DNA of 64,000 bases, taken from positions 1 through 64,000 of the forward strand of contig CAVWIG010000007.1 of the NCBI GenBank assembly GCA_963754945.1. Direction: 5' to 3'. The notes beneath the pieces were generated by a model. The model saw nothing but the letters and a program-made list of their open reading frames with translations, made no database searches and was not told the DNA's origin. Made by a program: the position numbers and the translations under genes. The number at the start of each line of letters is the position of its first letter. The first letter of the stretch is position 1. This document shows, piece by piece, positions 29,631-39,590 of the stretch. The DNA comes from Methanotrichaceae archaeon (lineage in GTDB: Archaea; Halobacteriota; Methanosarcinia; Methanotrichales; Methanotrichaceae).

Positions 29631-32488
29631 TGGCCAAGAGAAGAAGTGCAAGCTCGGTCAGTGATGCAACTCCTATAGAAAGCATCAAGCATAACGATAA
29701 GAGAACCAACATCCCAACAGAGGAGCTTCGCGGCTTCGTGGATGAGCAGGAAAAGAATCCTAAGAAGATCCTCTATCCACGAGACACCTCTTTAGATCCT
29801 CAGCTCGTCTGGAAAGGAAAGGATGAGCAGGACTTAAAGGATTTGGAGGTTCCTGCTGTTCCTATCTATATCCAAGAAAAGATACAGCCTCAAGCGATCA
29901 TTGAAGATGTACGGGCTGAGGCCAAGAAAGGTGCTCCTTCGCAGGCCACACTGTTCTCTGACTTCAACGGTATTAAGTTCGAGGATCTGGTGGATTTCTA
30001 TCGGCATGAGCAGAACTGGTCTAACCGAATGATTTTAGGGGATAGTCTACTGGTGACGACATCTCTTGCTGAAAAGGAAGGGATGAAGGGCAAAGTGCAG
30101 ATGATATATGTCGATCCACCTTATGGCATTAAGTTTGGGTCGAATTGGCAAGTCAGCACCAAGAGACGAGATATAAGGGATGGTAAGGCTGAGGATGTTA
30201 CACGACAACCAGAGCAGATAAAAGCCTTTAGAGATACATGGCGGCTTGGCATTCACTCTTATCTGAGCTACCTTCGTGATCGCTTAGTGGTAGCGCGAGA
30301 TCTATTATCCGAAAGTGGCTCGATTTTCATCCAAATAGGCGATGAGAACGTTCATTTGGTGCGTTGCATATTAGATGAAATATTTGGGTCTGAAAATTTC
30401 GCTAATGCCATCGCTGTTGAAAAGACAGGAGGAAAAAGCAGCGATTTATTAGATTCAATTTATGATACGATACTTTGGTATGCAAAGGATCTATCATCAG
30501 TCAAGTTTCGTCCGATTTTTACAGATAGAATCGGTTCAGAAACGCTAAAGAGATATAATCATTTGCAATTAGAATCCGGAGAAAATATAAAATTAACTAA
30601 GAAACAGATGCAAAACGAACAATCAATATCCGCGGGGAAAAGATGTGGAGATTACCCTTTACATTCTCAAGGAGAAACAAATACTGAAACCTCGAAAGTT
30701 TTTGTCTTCCAAAATAAGCAGTATTCCCCAAAGGCCGGACGACATTGGACTACATCAACAGATAGGATGCTAAGATTAGATCTTGCGGGACGAATAGTCC
30801 CGATTGTAACTGAAATACGGTATAAGCGGTTTGCTGATGATTTTCCCGTTGTACCTATAGACAATATATGGACGGGCATGATGATTGGCGTCGAACCGAT
30901 CTACATAGTTCAAACCGCAACCAAGGTCATCGAACGTTGCCTCTTAATGACCACAGATCCAGGCGACTTAGTTCTTGATCCCACCTGTGGCAGCGGAACG
31001 ACTGCCTATGTAGCTGAGCAATGGGGTCGTCGTTGGATTACAATTGATACGAGCAGAGTGGCTCTAGCCTTGGCTCGTACCCGACTTATGGCAGCGCGAT
31101 ATCCTTACTATCTCCTTGCGGACTCGCCAGAAGGCATAAAGAAAGTGGCAGAGATCACTGGACATGATCAGCATATCACTAAGACCGAGAGGGATATCAA
31201 GAAAGGTTTCGTTTACGAGCAAGTTCCTCATATCACATTAAAGTCAATCGCCAATAATCCCGAAATTGATGAGATCCACGAAAGATGGCAGGAAAGGCTA
31301 GAGCCCGTTCGCCAGGAGCTTAACTCTTTATTGATGCTGTCTTGGGCGGAATGGCAGATTCCAAGAGAAGCCGAGAATGACTGGCCAGAGACAGCCAAGG
31401 CTCTGCTCAAAGAATGGTGGCAACTAAGACAGGATAGACAGAAGGAGATAGATGCGGCCATAGCTCGCAATGCCGATACAGAACTGCTCTACGATCAACC
31501 ATATGAGGACAACAAGCGCATCCGGGTCACAGGTCCTTTCACCGTGGAAAGTTTATCACCACATCGTGTTCTTTCAACCGATGAGGCGCTACCAGCCTCA
31601 GAAGCAGAAGGACAGAAGGAGACTGCTGGCCATTTCGAAGCTATGGTTTCGGAGAACCTCAGGAAGGCAGGAATTCAGAATACCAAGAAAGGTGAGCGGC
31701 TTATATTCGATATCCTGGAACCTTACGCCGGCGCATGGATTCAGGCTGCAGGAGAGTACACAGCATCCGATGGACAAGTTAGAAAGGTTGCGGTCTCAAT
31801 AGGACCTGAGCATGGAACCGTAGGGCCGGATCAGGTCAAGGAAGCAGCCAAAGAAGCCGTTCAAGGAATGGGATTCGCTCTCCTAGTAGTCTGTGGCTTC
31901 GCCTTCGATCCTCACGTCTCAGAGGAGGCCAAACATTACGGCAAGCTGGATGTGCTGGTTACAAGGATGAACCCTGATCTAGCGATGGGCGAAGAGCTGC
32001 TCAAGAAGACAGGAGCTGGAAATCTGTTCATGGTCTTTGGCGAGCCGGATATTACCATCCATAGGATAAAGCCAGAGTCTCCAAAGGTCAAGCAGCCCAA
32101 ATGGCCGCCGCAAGAGGCTAAAGAGCCAGGAGAGCAGATTGTTGTCGAGATCAATGGCCTAGATATCTACGATCCTACAACAGGCGAGATAAGGAGCAGT
32201 TCGACAGATGACATAGCCTGCTGGTTCATTGATACCAACTACAATGAGGAGAGCTTCTTTGTGCGGCAGGCATATTTCACAGGAGCTGATGAGCCTTATG
32301 AGAAGCTTAAGAGAGCCTTGAGGGCCGAAATTGACGAGGAAGCTTGGTCAGCTCTTTATTCCACGAAAAGCATGCTGTTCGATATTCCCGAGACTGGGAA
32401 GATCGCGGTGAAGGTCATAAACCACTATGGCGATGAAGTGTTGAAGGTGTTTGAGGTCGGAAATCTTGACATAGGAGATCGGGGATGA
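29630..32488 (+). CDS. mod: Type III-like Mod adenine DNA methyltransferase
   Basis: VQMIYVDPPYG precedes VLDPTCGSGTT (beta class). It has an AT-rich central TRD and a C-terminal IAVKVINHYGDEV, and is coupled to the res fragment by a TAATG overlap. Confidence 0.9.
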   Translation: MAKRRSASSVSDATPIESIKHNDKRTNIPTEELRGFVDEQEKNPKKILYPRDTSLDPQLVWKGKDEQDLKDLEVPAVPIYIQEKIQPQAIIEDVRAEAKKGAPSQATLFSDFNGIKFEDLVDFYRHEQNWSNRMILGDSLLVTTSLAEKEGMKGKVQMIYVDPPYGIKFGSNWQVSTKRRDIRDGKAEDVTRQPEQIKAFRDTWRLGIHSYLSYLRDRLVVARDLLSESGSIFIQIGDENVHLVRCILDEIFGSENFANAIAVEKTGGKSSDLLDSIYDTILWYAKDLSSVKFRPIFTDRIGSETLKRYNHLQLESGENIKLTKKQMQNEQSISAGKRCGDYPLHSQGETNTETSKVFVFQNKQYSPKAGRHWTTSTDRMLRLDLAGRIVPIVTEIRYKRFADDFPVVPIDNIWTGMMIGVEPIYIVQTATKVIERCLLMTTDPGDLVLDPTCGSGTTAYVAEQWGRRWITIDTSRVALALARTRLMAARYPYYLLADSPEGIKKVAEITGHDQHITKTERDIKKGFVYEQVPHITLKSIANNPEIDEIHERWQERLEPVRQELNSLLMLSWAEWQIPREAENDWPETAKALLKEWWQLRQDRQKEIDAAIARNADTELLYDQPYEDNKRIRVTGPFTVESLSPHRVLSTDEALPASEAEGQKETAGHFEAMVSENLRKAGIQNTKKGERLIFDILEPYAGAWIQAAGEYTASDGQVRKVAVSIGPEHGTVGPDQVKEAAKEAVQGMGFALLVVCGFAFDPHVSEEAKHYGKLDVLVTRMNPDLAMGEELLKKTGAGNLFMVFGEPDITIHRIKPESPKVKQPKWPPQEAKEPGEQIVVEINGLDIYDPTTGEIRSSSTDDIACWFIDTNYNEESFFVRQAYFTGADEPYEKLKRALRAEIDEEAWSALYSTKSMLFDIPETGKIAVKVINHYGDEVLKVFEVGNLDIGDRG

Positions 32489-32832
32489 GGCCGTATGGTA
32501 GAAAAATCGGAAATCATGAAAGAGATCCTCTGGTTACATAATCAGATCTCAGGCTATAAGACTTTTTGAAGCGCTTTACTCTTTCATAAGCCGAGGAAAA
32601 TATTAGAGGAAGATTGCTGAGTCATTTCCGATGAGTCGCCCCTGGATAAACAAGGTATGTTAGAGCAAGCTGATGTATGTATCTCAAACGCTGAAACGGG
32701 CGCGAATCGAGGACTTTTCGCTTATCTGAGTCCATCCGGATGAAAATATGCAGTGGATCTCTGTTCCCGTTACAGAAATACCAATCATATAATCACATTC
32801 CCTCATTCGAAGCAGGATGTCTTCGAGTCCAC

Positions 32833-33193
32833 TTGGTGAAGCTAGAGGGGTGTTGAGGAGCTGCAATTGATGGAGCCCAAAGCTCGGGAGGGAGGTAGTC
32901 AAGAGGTACATGACGAGCTGGGCGGTGCAGATGTTAAGGAGCTGGCAATCCATCGCAGGGTTAGCAGGCTGAACTACTCCCGTAGATGTGCCGAGGCTTC
33001 GGCAGTGCAGGCACATATGAAGCAAGGTATCCCACTGGCTCCAGGGATGGAGATAGGCTACGTGATTAGAGATGCCCGGAAGTGGGAAGTTGATCCAGAG
33101 AGAACAGCATCAAAGTTCGATGCAGTGTACTATCGAGGGCTGCTGGAGAAGGCTTGGACGGAGGCGGCGTTTGTTTTTGGGCCTCGACTTTAA
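32833..33193 (+). pseudogene. Family-B DNA polymerase C-terminal remnant
   Basis: ELAIHRRVSRLNYSRRCAEASAV...PGMEIGYVIRDARKW...FDAVYYRGLLEKAW resembles a PolB thumb region. The 5' part is frameshifted and there is no catalytic core. Confidence 0.7.
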
Positions 33194-33207
33194 AACAGTA
33201 ACTATGT

Positions 33208-34242
33208 TCACAGTGAACTAGTTCCAAAGCATTTTCCCTTTGAGGCGAATTCGGCTATGCCTGTGAAATTCGATTCGGTCTCCATCCAGGTCTCTTTCTT
33301 ATGAATTCCCGCACTGCTGCTCAAATCAAGAGCTTTCGCGTGCAGATATTTCTCTCTAAGCGTTGCTTTTGTGATGTGATTCTCGCAAACACGGTTTGCA
33401 TACCAACTGCTATTGTAATTCAAAGGATGGCTGGATATGTTGACCAAAGCAACGATGCCCTTTGCCCGCAGGTTCTGTTCAGCGGACAACCTCGAAGGAG
33501 AGAGGCTGAGTTTTTCATTCGAACTGTATTCCCCGGAGCCGTGTTCGCTGAAGTCGATATTGGCACCGTCCACTGGTTTGATTGTCGTGGTTATCAATAA
33601 TGTCTTTTTGATGGCTTCGTACGACAGAGTGACCTTATTGGTTATCTTGTAGCTGGGGCGATTCGTTGACAGCGTCCCGTGTACGGATGAGTAACCAATC
33701 CCAGAAACGCTCCCTTCGATATCTGCTTCGCATGTCGATTTAGGGACCTTTACAGTGATCTTTATCTTTATCCACGTACTGGAAGGATGTAACCCTTTAA
33801 TGGTCCACGTGTTGTCTGTTCCGCTATCCGGCTCTGGATCAGCCTTCATGAAAACTGTTCCCGGACCGTAATCCTCGGTTATTACCAAGTCTACGTCCCT
33901 TTTCAGGTTGTTTTTGTACTTTATAGTGTAAGTTATTTGGCTCCCCGGACTAACTGCTTTTGAACCAGTCAATGAGAAATCTAGGGATGGAGGCTTCTTC
34001 TTGGATGCCTTTGCTGGTTTGGCATCCATGAGCGAAGAATTAATTGAATGCGATTCATCGAGGACGCTATTGGAATTGTTTTCCTCTGATACAATAGCGT
34101 TATTGTCCGAGATCGATCCTTCGGCTGTAATGCTGCTATCGAGATCGTCAAGAGAGTTGCTCGACAAAACCAAGGTCGCAAGAATGGACCATATCATAAA
34201 TACGGCGAGGTTATTCATCAATATAGGTCTAATGCGCTGCAC
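33208..34242 (-). CDS. Secreted DUF11-like (Ig-fold) protein, possibly truncated at the C-terminus
   Basis: Signal/TM segment followed by VSPGSQITYTIKYKN...VITEDY..GTVF..A.PEP. Confidence 0.65.
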   Translation of the reverse strand: MQRIRPILMNNLAVFMIWSILATLVLSSNSLDDLDSSITAEGSISDNNAIVSEENNSNSVLDESHSINSSLMDAKPAKASKKKPPSLDFSLTGSKAVSPGSQITYTIKYKNNLKRDVDLVITEDYGPGTVFMKADPEPDSGTDNTWTIKGLHPSSTWIKIKITVKVPKSTCEADIEGSVSGIGYSSVHGTLSTNRPSYKITNKVTLSYEAIKKTLLITTTIKPVDGANIDFSEHGSGEYSSNEKLSLSPSRLSAEQNLRAKGIVALVNISSHPLNYNSSWYANRVCENHITKATLREKYLHAKALDLSSSAGIHKKETWMETESNFTGIAEFASKGKCFGTSSL

Positions 34243-34498
34243 AAAAACCTTTCTGACACAGAAAATTAATTAATAATGTAGCATTGAAACGATGCTATAC
34301 AGCAAAATGTATCAAACTATCCCATTTGATATGCCATATCGCTGCTGTACGAAAAGTTGAAATCCAAGGCTTTGGCCAAACAGTAATGTTGTCGCGAGGG
34401 GAATACGATCGCACAGTGAACTCAAAATAAAGAAACAGTGAGAAAAATCCCTTCTTTCAAGCTTTTCTAACTCTGGAGCTTGTCACTCAAAAGCTCTG

Positions 34499-35602
34499 TT
34501 ATCTCCTCCTGGTTATGATAGACAGCACGTCGCCGTCGACTAGAGTGTGGTTGAGTCCTACTGATTGACCGGGGAACTTGGCGCTCTTCCCCCACACGAG
34601 AGAGTACCTGAATAGATCCACAAAATCCCTGTGAAGATGCTCGCAGACCGTTCTGACGGTCGAGCCATCAAGAATCACAAGGGGTTCGTCAAGATCTGCC
34701 TTTTCTCCCTTGGGTTTTAGGTAGACCCTTATGAAGCCAAGAGTGTCGTATATTGTCTCCTTCAGCTCTTCTATACCTTCTAAAGTTACTGCCGATACCC
34801 GGAGATAATCTCTGCCGATGGTTTCTTTGATCTTCTCTTCCACTCCGGTGTACCTCAGGTCGAACTTGTTTATGGCCACAACGCTTGGAATATAGACCCT
34901 GTTTCCTGCCAGGAAGTCGACTAGGCTGTCAGTGTCGATGTCCTCCCGAACGGTAACGTTGGCATTGACTATCCCGTATACGCGGATGATCTCTGCGATC
35001 TCATTCACCGTCATTTTTGTGAGCTGAACTGTGCTTCTGATGATTATGCCGCCCTTGGTCGCCTGGGTGATTGAGATGTCCGGAGGCTGCTTGTCCAGCC
35101 TGATGCCGGCGTCATAGAGTTCCCGCATTAGAATATCGAGTCGGTAGTTGAAGACGTCTCCCAGAAGAAGGATTATATCGGCAGCTCGAGCAGCGGTTAT
35201 GACTTCTCTCCCTCGGCCCTTCCCTCTGGCTGCTCCCTTGATCAACCCTGGCATGTCCAGGATCTGGATCTCGGCGCTCTTGTACTCCATGATTCCGGGT
35301 ATGACCTCTAGAGTAGTGAAATGGTACTCAGCCACCGCAGAATTCGCGCCTGTGAGGAGGTTGAGGAGGCTCGATTTTCCCGTGGAGGGGAAGCCTACCA
35401 GGGCTACGGTGGCATCACCTGACTTTTTGATGTAGAACCTTCTGCCCGTCCCGCCGCCTTTTACCTTCTGGAGCTCCTGCTGTGCCTTCAGTTTTGCGAT
35501 CTTGGCCTTCAGCTTTCCTATGTGGTGCTCAGTGGCCTTGTTCTTCTGAGTTTTGAGGATCTCCTCTTCTATCTCCTTGATCTGTTCCTCGATGGTTGCC
35601 AT
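34499..35602 (-). CDS. drg: DRG/OBG-family GTPase with TGS domain
   Basis: KTQKNKATEHHIG, GFPSTGKS, YHFTTLE, DMPG, NKFD and WGKSAKFPGQ.VG. Confidence 0.95.
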   Translation of the reverse strand: MATIEEQIKEIEEEILKTQKNKATEHHIGKLKAKIAKLKAQQELQKVKGGGTGRRFYIKKSGDATVALVGFPSTGKSSLLNLLTGANSAVAEYHFTTLEVIPGIMEYKSAEIQILDMPGLIKGAARGKGRGREVITAARAADIILLLGDVFNYRLDILMRELYDAGIRLDKQPPDISITQATKGGIIIRSTVQLTKMTVNEIAEIIRVYGIVNANVTVREDIDTDSLVDFLAGNRVYIPSVVAINKFDLRYTGVEEKIKETIGRDYLRVSAVTLEGIEELKETIYDTLGFIRVYLKPKGEKADLDEPLVILDGSTVRTVCEHLHRDFVDLFRYSLVWGKSAKFPGQSVGLNHTLVDGDVLSIITRRR

Positions 35603-35865
35603 TTATCATCCTGCTCTATCCTGGAGCCGTTTTATTGGATTGGCTTGCGATCCAGGTATCAGAAGCTCTAATTGGGGGAGGATCTTTTGAGTTTTCACCT
35701 TTATAAGGTGATGCTTTTCCGGATGCCTTTCGGATTTAGGATTACGTTTCCAGAGCGGGTGCAAGACATAGATAGGGCCGATATTAGCTCTACATGAAAA
35801 AAACAGCTTTATTCTAGGGTAGATTAGCGGAATGTGGCGGTATGAGAGTCGGTTTATCGCCCGTA

Positions 35866-35914
35866 CCGGGCAGGTTTGGGGGACTTATCCCTCCTTCCTC
35901 CTCACCTGCCCTGG
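35866..35914 (+). promoter_or_regulatory. GC-rich hairpin in the probable 5' leader of the curli-like gene
   Basis: GGGCAGGT (35868-35875) pairs with ACCTGCCC (35904-35911). A BRE/TATA-like AAAAAAAACAGCTTTTATT lies at about 35797-35813. Confidence 0.45.
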
Positions 35915-35964
35915 GATCTGAAACAGAAAATCAACTGAACGGTGAACTTAGTGGAGAGTGAAAG

Positions 35965-36687
35965 ATGAGAATTACAGCAATTACAATAATGGTGATGCTC
36001 TTACTGGCATCCTCAGCATCAGCAGGAAACGTTGTAAAGCAGAGCATCGATATGTCAGCCCGCGGCGGCCAGATCAGCCAGAGCGCGGCCAACGCTGCGG
36101 TAGTTTCCGGCAACAATAATTACGTGAGCCAGGGTGTCTCCCAGGCCGCCAGGGGAAGCCAGATCACTCAGAGCGGAGCTAACGCTGTGGTTGTAGTAGG
36201 AAGCGGTAACACAATAATACAGGGAGTGGATCAGAAGGCCAGAGGCAACAACATCGCCCAGAGCGGAGCCAATGCCTTGGCTGTGCTTGGCAACGATAAC
36301 TACGCCAACCAGCAGGTCGCTCAGGGAGCCTACGGGAGCAACATCTTCCAGAACGGCTGGAACACGGGCTCGATTACCGGAGACGGGAACACTCTTGTCC
36401 AGGGATTGCTGTCCATTGCAAAGACCTACACCAACAATACCAGTCAGACCATGAGAAACACAGCATACATCACCGGCTCCTACAATCAGGTTAATCAGCA
36501 GGTCTCGGGCGTCGTGCTCACAGGCACTAGCAACGCGCCAGTAATTCAAACGGGCAGCAACTTCGGTCAGACCCTTGATCGTAACTCCAATCAATTCGAA
36601 CAAAACACGAAGCTGAAGGCCAAGGGCGGACACAAGGGAAATGTTTTGCAGCACGGCGCGAATGAGGTGAGAATTGGGCCAATATGA
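35965..36687 (+). CDS. Secreted Q/N/G-rich beta-repeat (curli/Fap-like) protein
   Basis: Signal peptide ending ASA-G, then six full repeats of about 30 aa with consensus Q-x3-N-x5-G-x2-N-x3-Q. The DNA period is 90 bp (36079, 36169, 36259, 36349). Confidence 0.8.
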   Translation: MRITAITIMVMLLLASSASAGNVVKQSIDMSARGGQISQSAANAAVVSGNNNYVSQGVSQAARGSQITQSGANAVVVVGSGNTIIQGVDQKARGNNIAQSGANALAVLGNDNYANQQVAQGAYGSNIFQNGWNTGSITGDGNTLVQGLLSIAKTYTNNTSQTMRNTAYITGSYNQVNQQVSGVVLTGTSNAPVIQTGSNFGQTLDRNSNQFEQNTKLKAKGGHKGNVLQHGANEVRIGPI

Positions 36688-36698
36688 ATGTATTTAAT

Positions 36699-36727
36699 GG
36701 GCATCCACGACTTTTTTTAGGGTGCCC
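36699..36727. terminator. Hairpin between convergent genes
   Basis: GGGCATCC...GGGTGCCC enclosing a T7 tract. Confidence 0.4.
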
Positions 36728-36761
36728 TATCGCTGCTTGGTTATCAGCACCATTTTGGGTG

Positions 36762-38099
36762 TCAGCCTAATCTTCCCCATGTTTTTCCCGAAGAATCGAT
36801 TCCGTAATCGCCTTCATCGATGTCTCCTTGAACATCAGTGGCCACCCTGACGTGATACACCTTATCCCGAGCAGCTCCTGTGGTTGTTATTAGTATAACC
36901 TTACTTCCACCCGCCAGTACTTTACGATCCTGCTTCTCGAAATCATCTTTTGATTTCGGATCGACTATATCCGTTTTGTCGTCCTTTCCTTCTATGGAAA
37001 TCTTTTCAACTGTGACATTATATTTCTTGTTTGCATTTAATACGTTTATCTTCACCTCGGTATCGGTATTAAGCTTAGGAAAATCAACACCAAGTATTCT
37101 AATCCCGCCAGTTATTCCCATCATGTTGGTCATCATGCGCCTGTACTCTCTATCGCCTATATCTCCCAAGGCGTACCTTAAACTAACAATCTCTTCGGCT
37201 TTGAGCGGTGTGGGGGAGCCATCTTTGGTAGGATTCATCAGATTCTTCAAATAATCCTTCACTTTATCATCGGTCTTGTTATTCTCCCAGGCGCGGCTGC
37301 CAAAGTAGAAGAGGATAATGACGACGAAAACGTAGAGGAAGTTATTTGTGAAACTCGCCAGGGCACTCTCGGGAATAACATCAACATTGCCTGCCGTAGA
37401 ATTTCCGCCTAGGGAAATCTTACCTGAAGACCCATTAATAATCAGGGGTGTGAACTTGAAAGTGAATCCAGAGACGTTGGTCGCCTCAAATCCTCCATTT
37501 GTGCCCGTCAGGTTGAACGTGAATATATGTTCTCTTTCTACAGAATTCTTTTCTGTTAATTTCTCGTGAAGAGATACACTGCTAAATGCTGCGCTGGTCT
37601 TGTTATCCTTGGGTCCCAGGATGGAAGGACTGTTAAAGGAGACCACTAGGAGGATTATGTACACTATCGTCAGGGATATGACTATGGCTTTTCTGATCTC
37701 ACCGCTATCAAGCCTCGATCCAAGGTTGACTTTGGACGAAATAGCCAGGACCAATGGCACAGAGAGGCCTATGATGCCCGCCAGAGATACGATCAGGAAG
37801 TCGGCCTTTTGCCCATGAAAGGCAAGGGCGAATGCTATCGCGATCATCGCTATTAATACCATCAAAATATCGCTGTTGCTGAAATCGCTGTTGTCGTCGT
37901 CCGCCTTTTCCTTAATGGCTGCAAAAATTGAGATGATCATGCTCCCTAATATTATAAACCCGAAAGGAGTCCAATCCTTCCACTCCTCTACGTTAAGGAG
38001 GTGTCTATAGCTAATAGCAATAATTGCAGAACTAAGAACAAGCCATATCCAAAGAGACTTTGTTTTCAATAAGCTAAGATCTAGAGACATTTCGGCCAT
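36762..38099 (-). CDS. Multi-pass membrane protein with a SHOCT-like motif
   Basis: About six TM helices, GEIRKAIVISL, VIILFYFGSR and a SHOCT-like EEIVSLRYALGDIGDREYRRMM. Confidence 0.7.
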   Translation of the reverse strand: MAEMSLDLSLLKTKSLWIWLVLSSAIIAISYRHLLNVEEWKDWTPFGFIILGSMIISIFAAIKEKADDDNSDFSNSDILMVLIAMIAIAFALAFHGQKADFLIVSLAGIIGLSVPLVLAISSKVNLGSRLDSGEIRKAIVISLTIVYIILLVVSFNSPSILGPKDNKTSAAFSSVSLHEKLTEKNSVEREHIFTFNLTGTNGGFEATNVSGFTFKFTPLIINGSSGKISLGGNSTAGNVDVIPESALASFTNNFLYVFVVIILFYFGSRAWENNKTDDKVKDYLKNLMNPTKDGSPTPLKAEEIVSLRYALGDIGDREYRRMMTNMMGITGGIRILGVDFPKLNTDTEVKINVLNANKKYNVTVEKISIEGKDDKTDIVDPKSKDDFEKQDRKVLAGGSKVILITTTGAARDKVYHVRVATDVQGDIDEGDYGIDSSGKTWGRLG

Positions 38100-38630
38100 A
38101 CATCCTCAATTTATCCTAAGATCACCTGTGATATAAACTTAGTTATAGTCAATTGCTGATATATTACAGATAATTGATAGATAATACAATACCTAATTGA
38201 ATATGCTAATGACACATAGAATAATTGCCAACAATATTGCCAGACGATCAACCATATCTCCGATAATATTTGCAATTCCAGTTCGAGGACTCCTAAAAAT
38301 CCGCTAAATAACGCTTTGATTTATATACTGCTTATAAAGCCGTGCCAAAAATCAGAGGTTATTAGGAATCCTCAGTTCTCTTGATTACATATTAATTTTT
38401 AAATAAAAATTAACGGCTGTGCTTAAAAATCCTGGAAATCTATGATCTTTAGCTTCATTCATTTTCTAATTGCATCAACGATTGTCTTACTGAGACTGAT
38501 CCTATTTTGGAGGCAAGCACAGGCTTAAACTATCTTTTGCATACAACTTAGCCGTGCTTAGATTTCAGTAGCATTTAAAATAGGTGGACCGAGCTACGAC
38601 GTCTATTATCTTAAAATTCGTTCTTGAGGG

Positions 38631-39215
38631 CTAATCTCCTTCCCAGCAGCTGCTTTTCTTGATCCTCTCCAGAAGGTCGCACAGCTTGTTGGCGCTGGCT
38701 ATGACCGTCGTCCTTCCTATTCTGTCCTCGGCGGCGGGTCTAACGGCAATGCCACCAAAATGTTTGTCGTCTCCAACGACTATCATCCCTTGGATGTGCA
38801 TCCAGGCATGGATGGCTTCAATGGCCTTCTCCTGGCCGCCATTTCTTGATCCCCCAACAGTTAGTGCGCACCCAACCTTGTCTTTCAGCTTGAATCCCTG
38901 CCTTCTCAACAGGATGGTTCGGTCGAACACGGCTTTAATCTGAGCAGTGACTGTGCCGAAGTAAACAGGGGATGAGATGATCATTCCATCTGCCACCTCC
39001 ATAAGCTCGTAAAACTCGTCCATATCATCCTTTATCGGACATGGCTTGCCTCGCGCGCAATCACCACAATCGTCGCAGTACCTCACCTCATGGGATGAAC
39101 ACAGAAGCTGTTGTGTTTTAAACCCTCTCTCCGATGCAACTTTCAAGGCTTCATCTAGTATGTACTCTGTGTTTCCCCCCTTCTTTGGGCTGCCCGAGAC
39201 GCCAAGGATCAACAT
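38631..39215 (-). CDS. Iron-sulfur flavoprotein (Isf / multimeric flavodoxin)
   Basis: GSPKKGGNT, CxxCxxC-x5-C, SPVYFG and GGSRNGGQE. Confidence 0.92.
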   Translation of the reverse strand: MLILGVSGSPKKGGNTEYILDEALKVASERGFKTQQLLCSSHEVRYCDDCGDCARGKPCPIKDDMDEFYELMEVADGMIISSPVYFGTVTAQIKAVFDRTILLRRQGFKLKDKVGCALTVGGSRNGGQEKAIEAIHAWMHIQGMIVVGDDKHFGGIAVRPAAEDRIGRTTVIASANKLCDLLERIKKSSCWEGD

Positions 39216-39344
39216 AACTCGCTACCTCAAATGTTCCTCTGTCCTTGAAGTGTACAGGAATGTATATGACACAGGAAGAGATATAACGCTTTTCGGGATC
39301 ACAAACTTAATATCTTAAAACATAATTTATATTGAGGACTTGAT

Positions 39345-39590
39345 ATGCACGCAGAGATCACATCGCTCCTGGGGCTGGAGGTCTACACTCAGAAAGGTGT
39401 CTACGTGGGCAAGGTGGATGACGCGGTTTTGGACACAGATCAGAGGATGGTCAGTGGTCTTGCCCTAGGGAGTGTGAACAAGAACCTCTTCGACCAGAAA
39501 GGAAAAGGGGTTGTAGTACCCTACCGCTGGGTTACAGTCGTTGGCGATATAATCCTCATGAAGCATCTGACCATAAATGCAAAGGAATAG
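39345..39590 (+). CDS. PRC-barrel protein (CdpB1-like)
   Basis: EITSLLGLEVYTQKGVYVGKVDD...GVVVPYRWV..VGDIIL. Confidence 0.85.
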   Translation: MHAEITSLLGLEVYTQKGVYVGKVDDAVLDTDQRMVSGLALGSVNKNLFDQKGKGVVVPYRWVTVVGDIILMKHLTINAKE

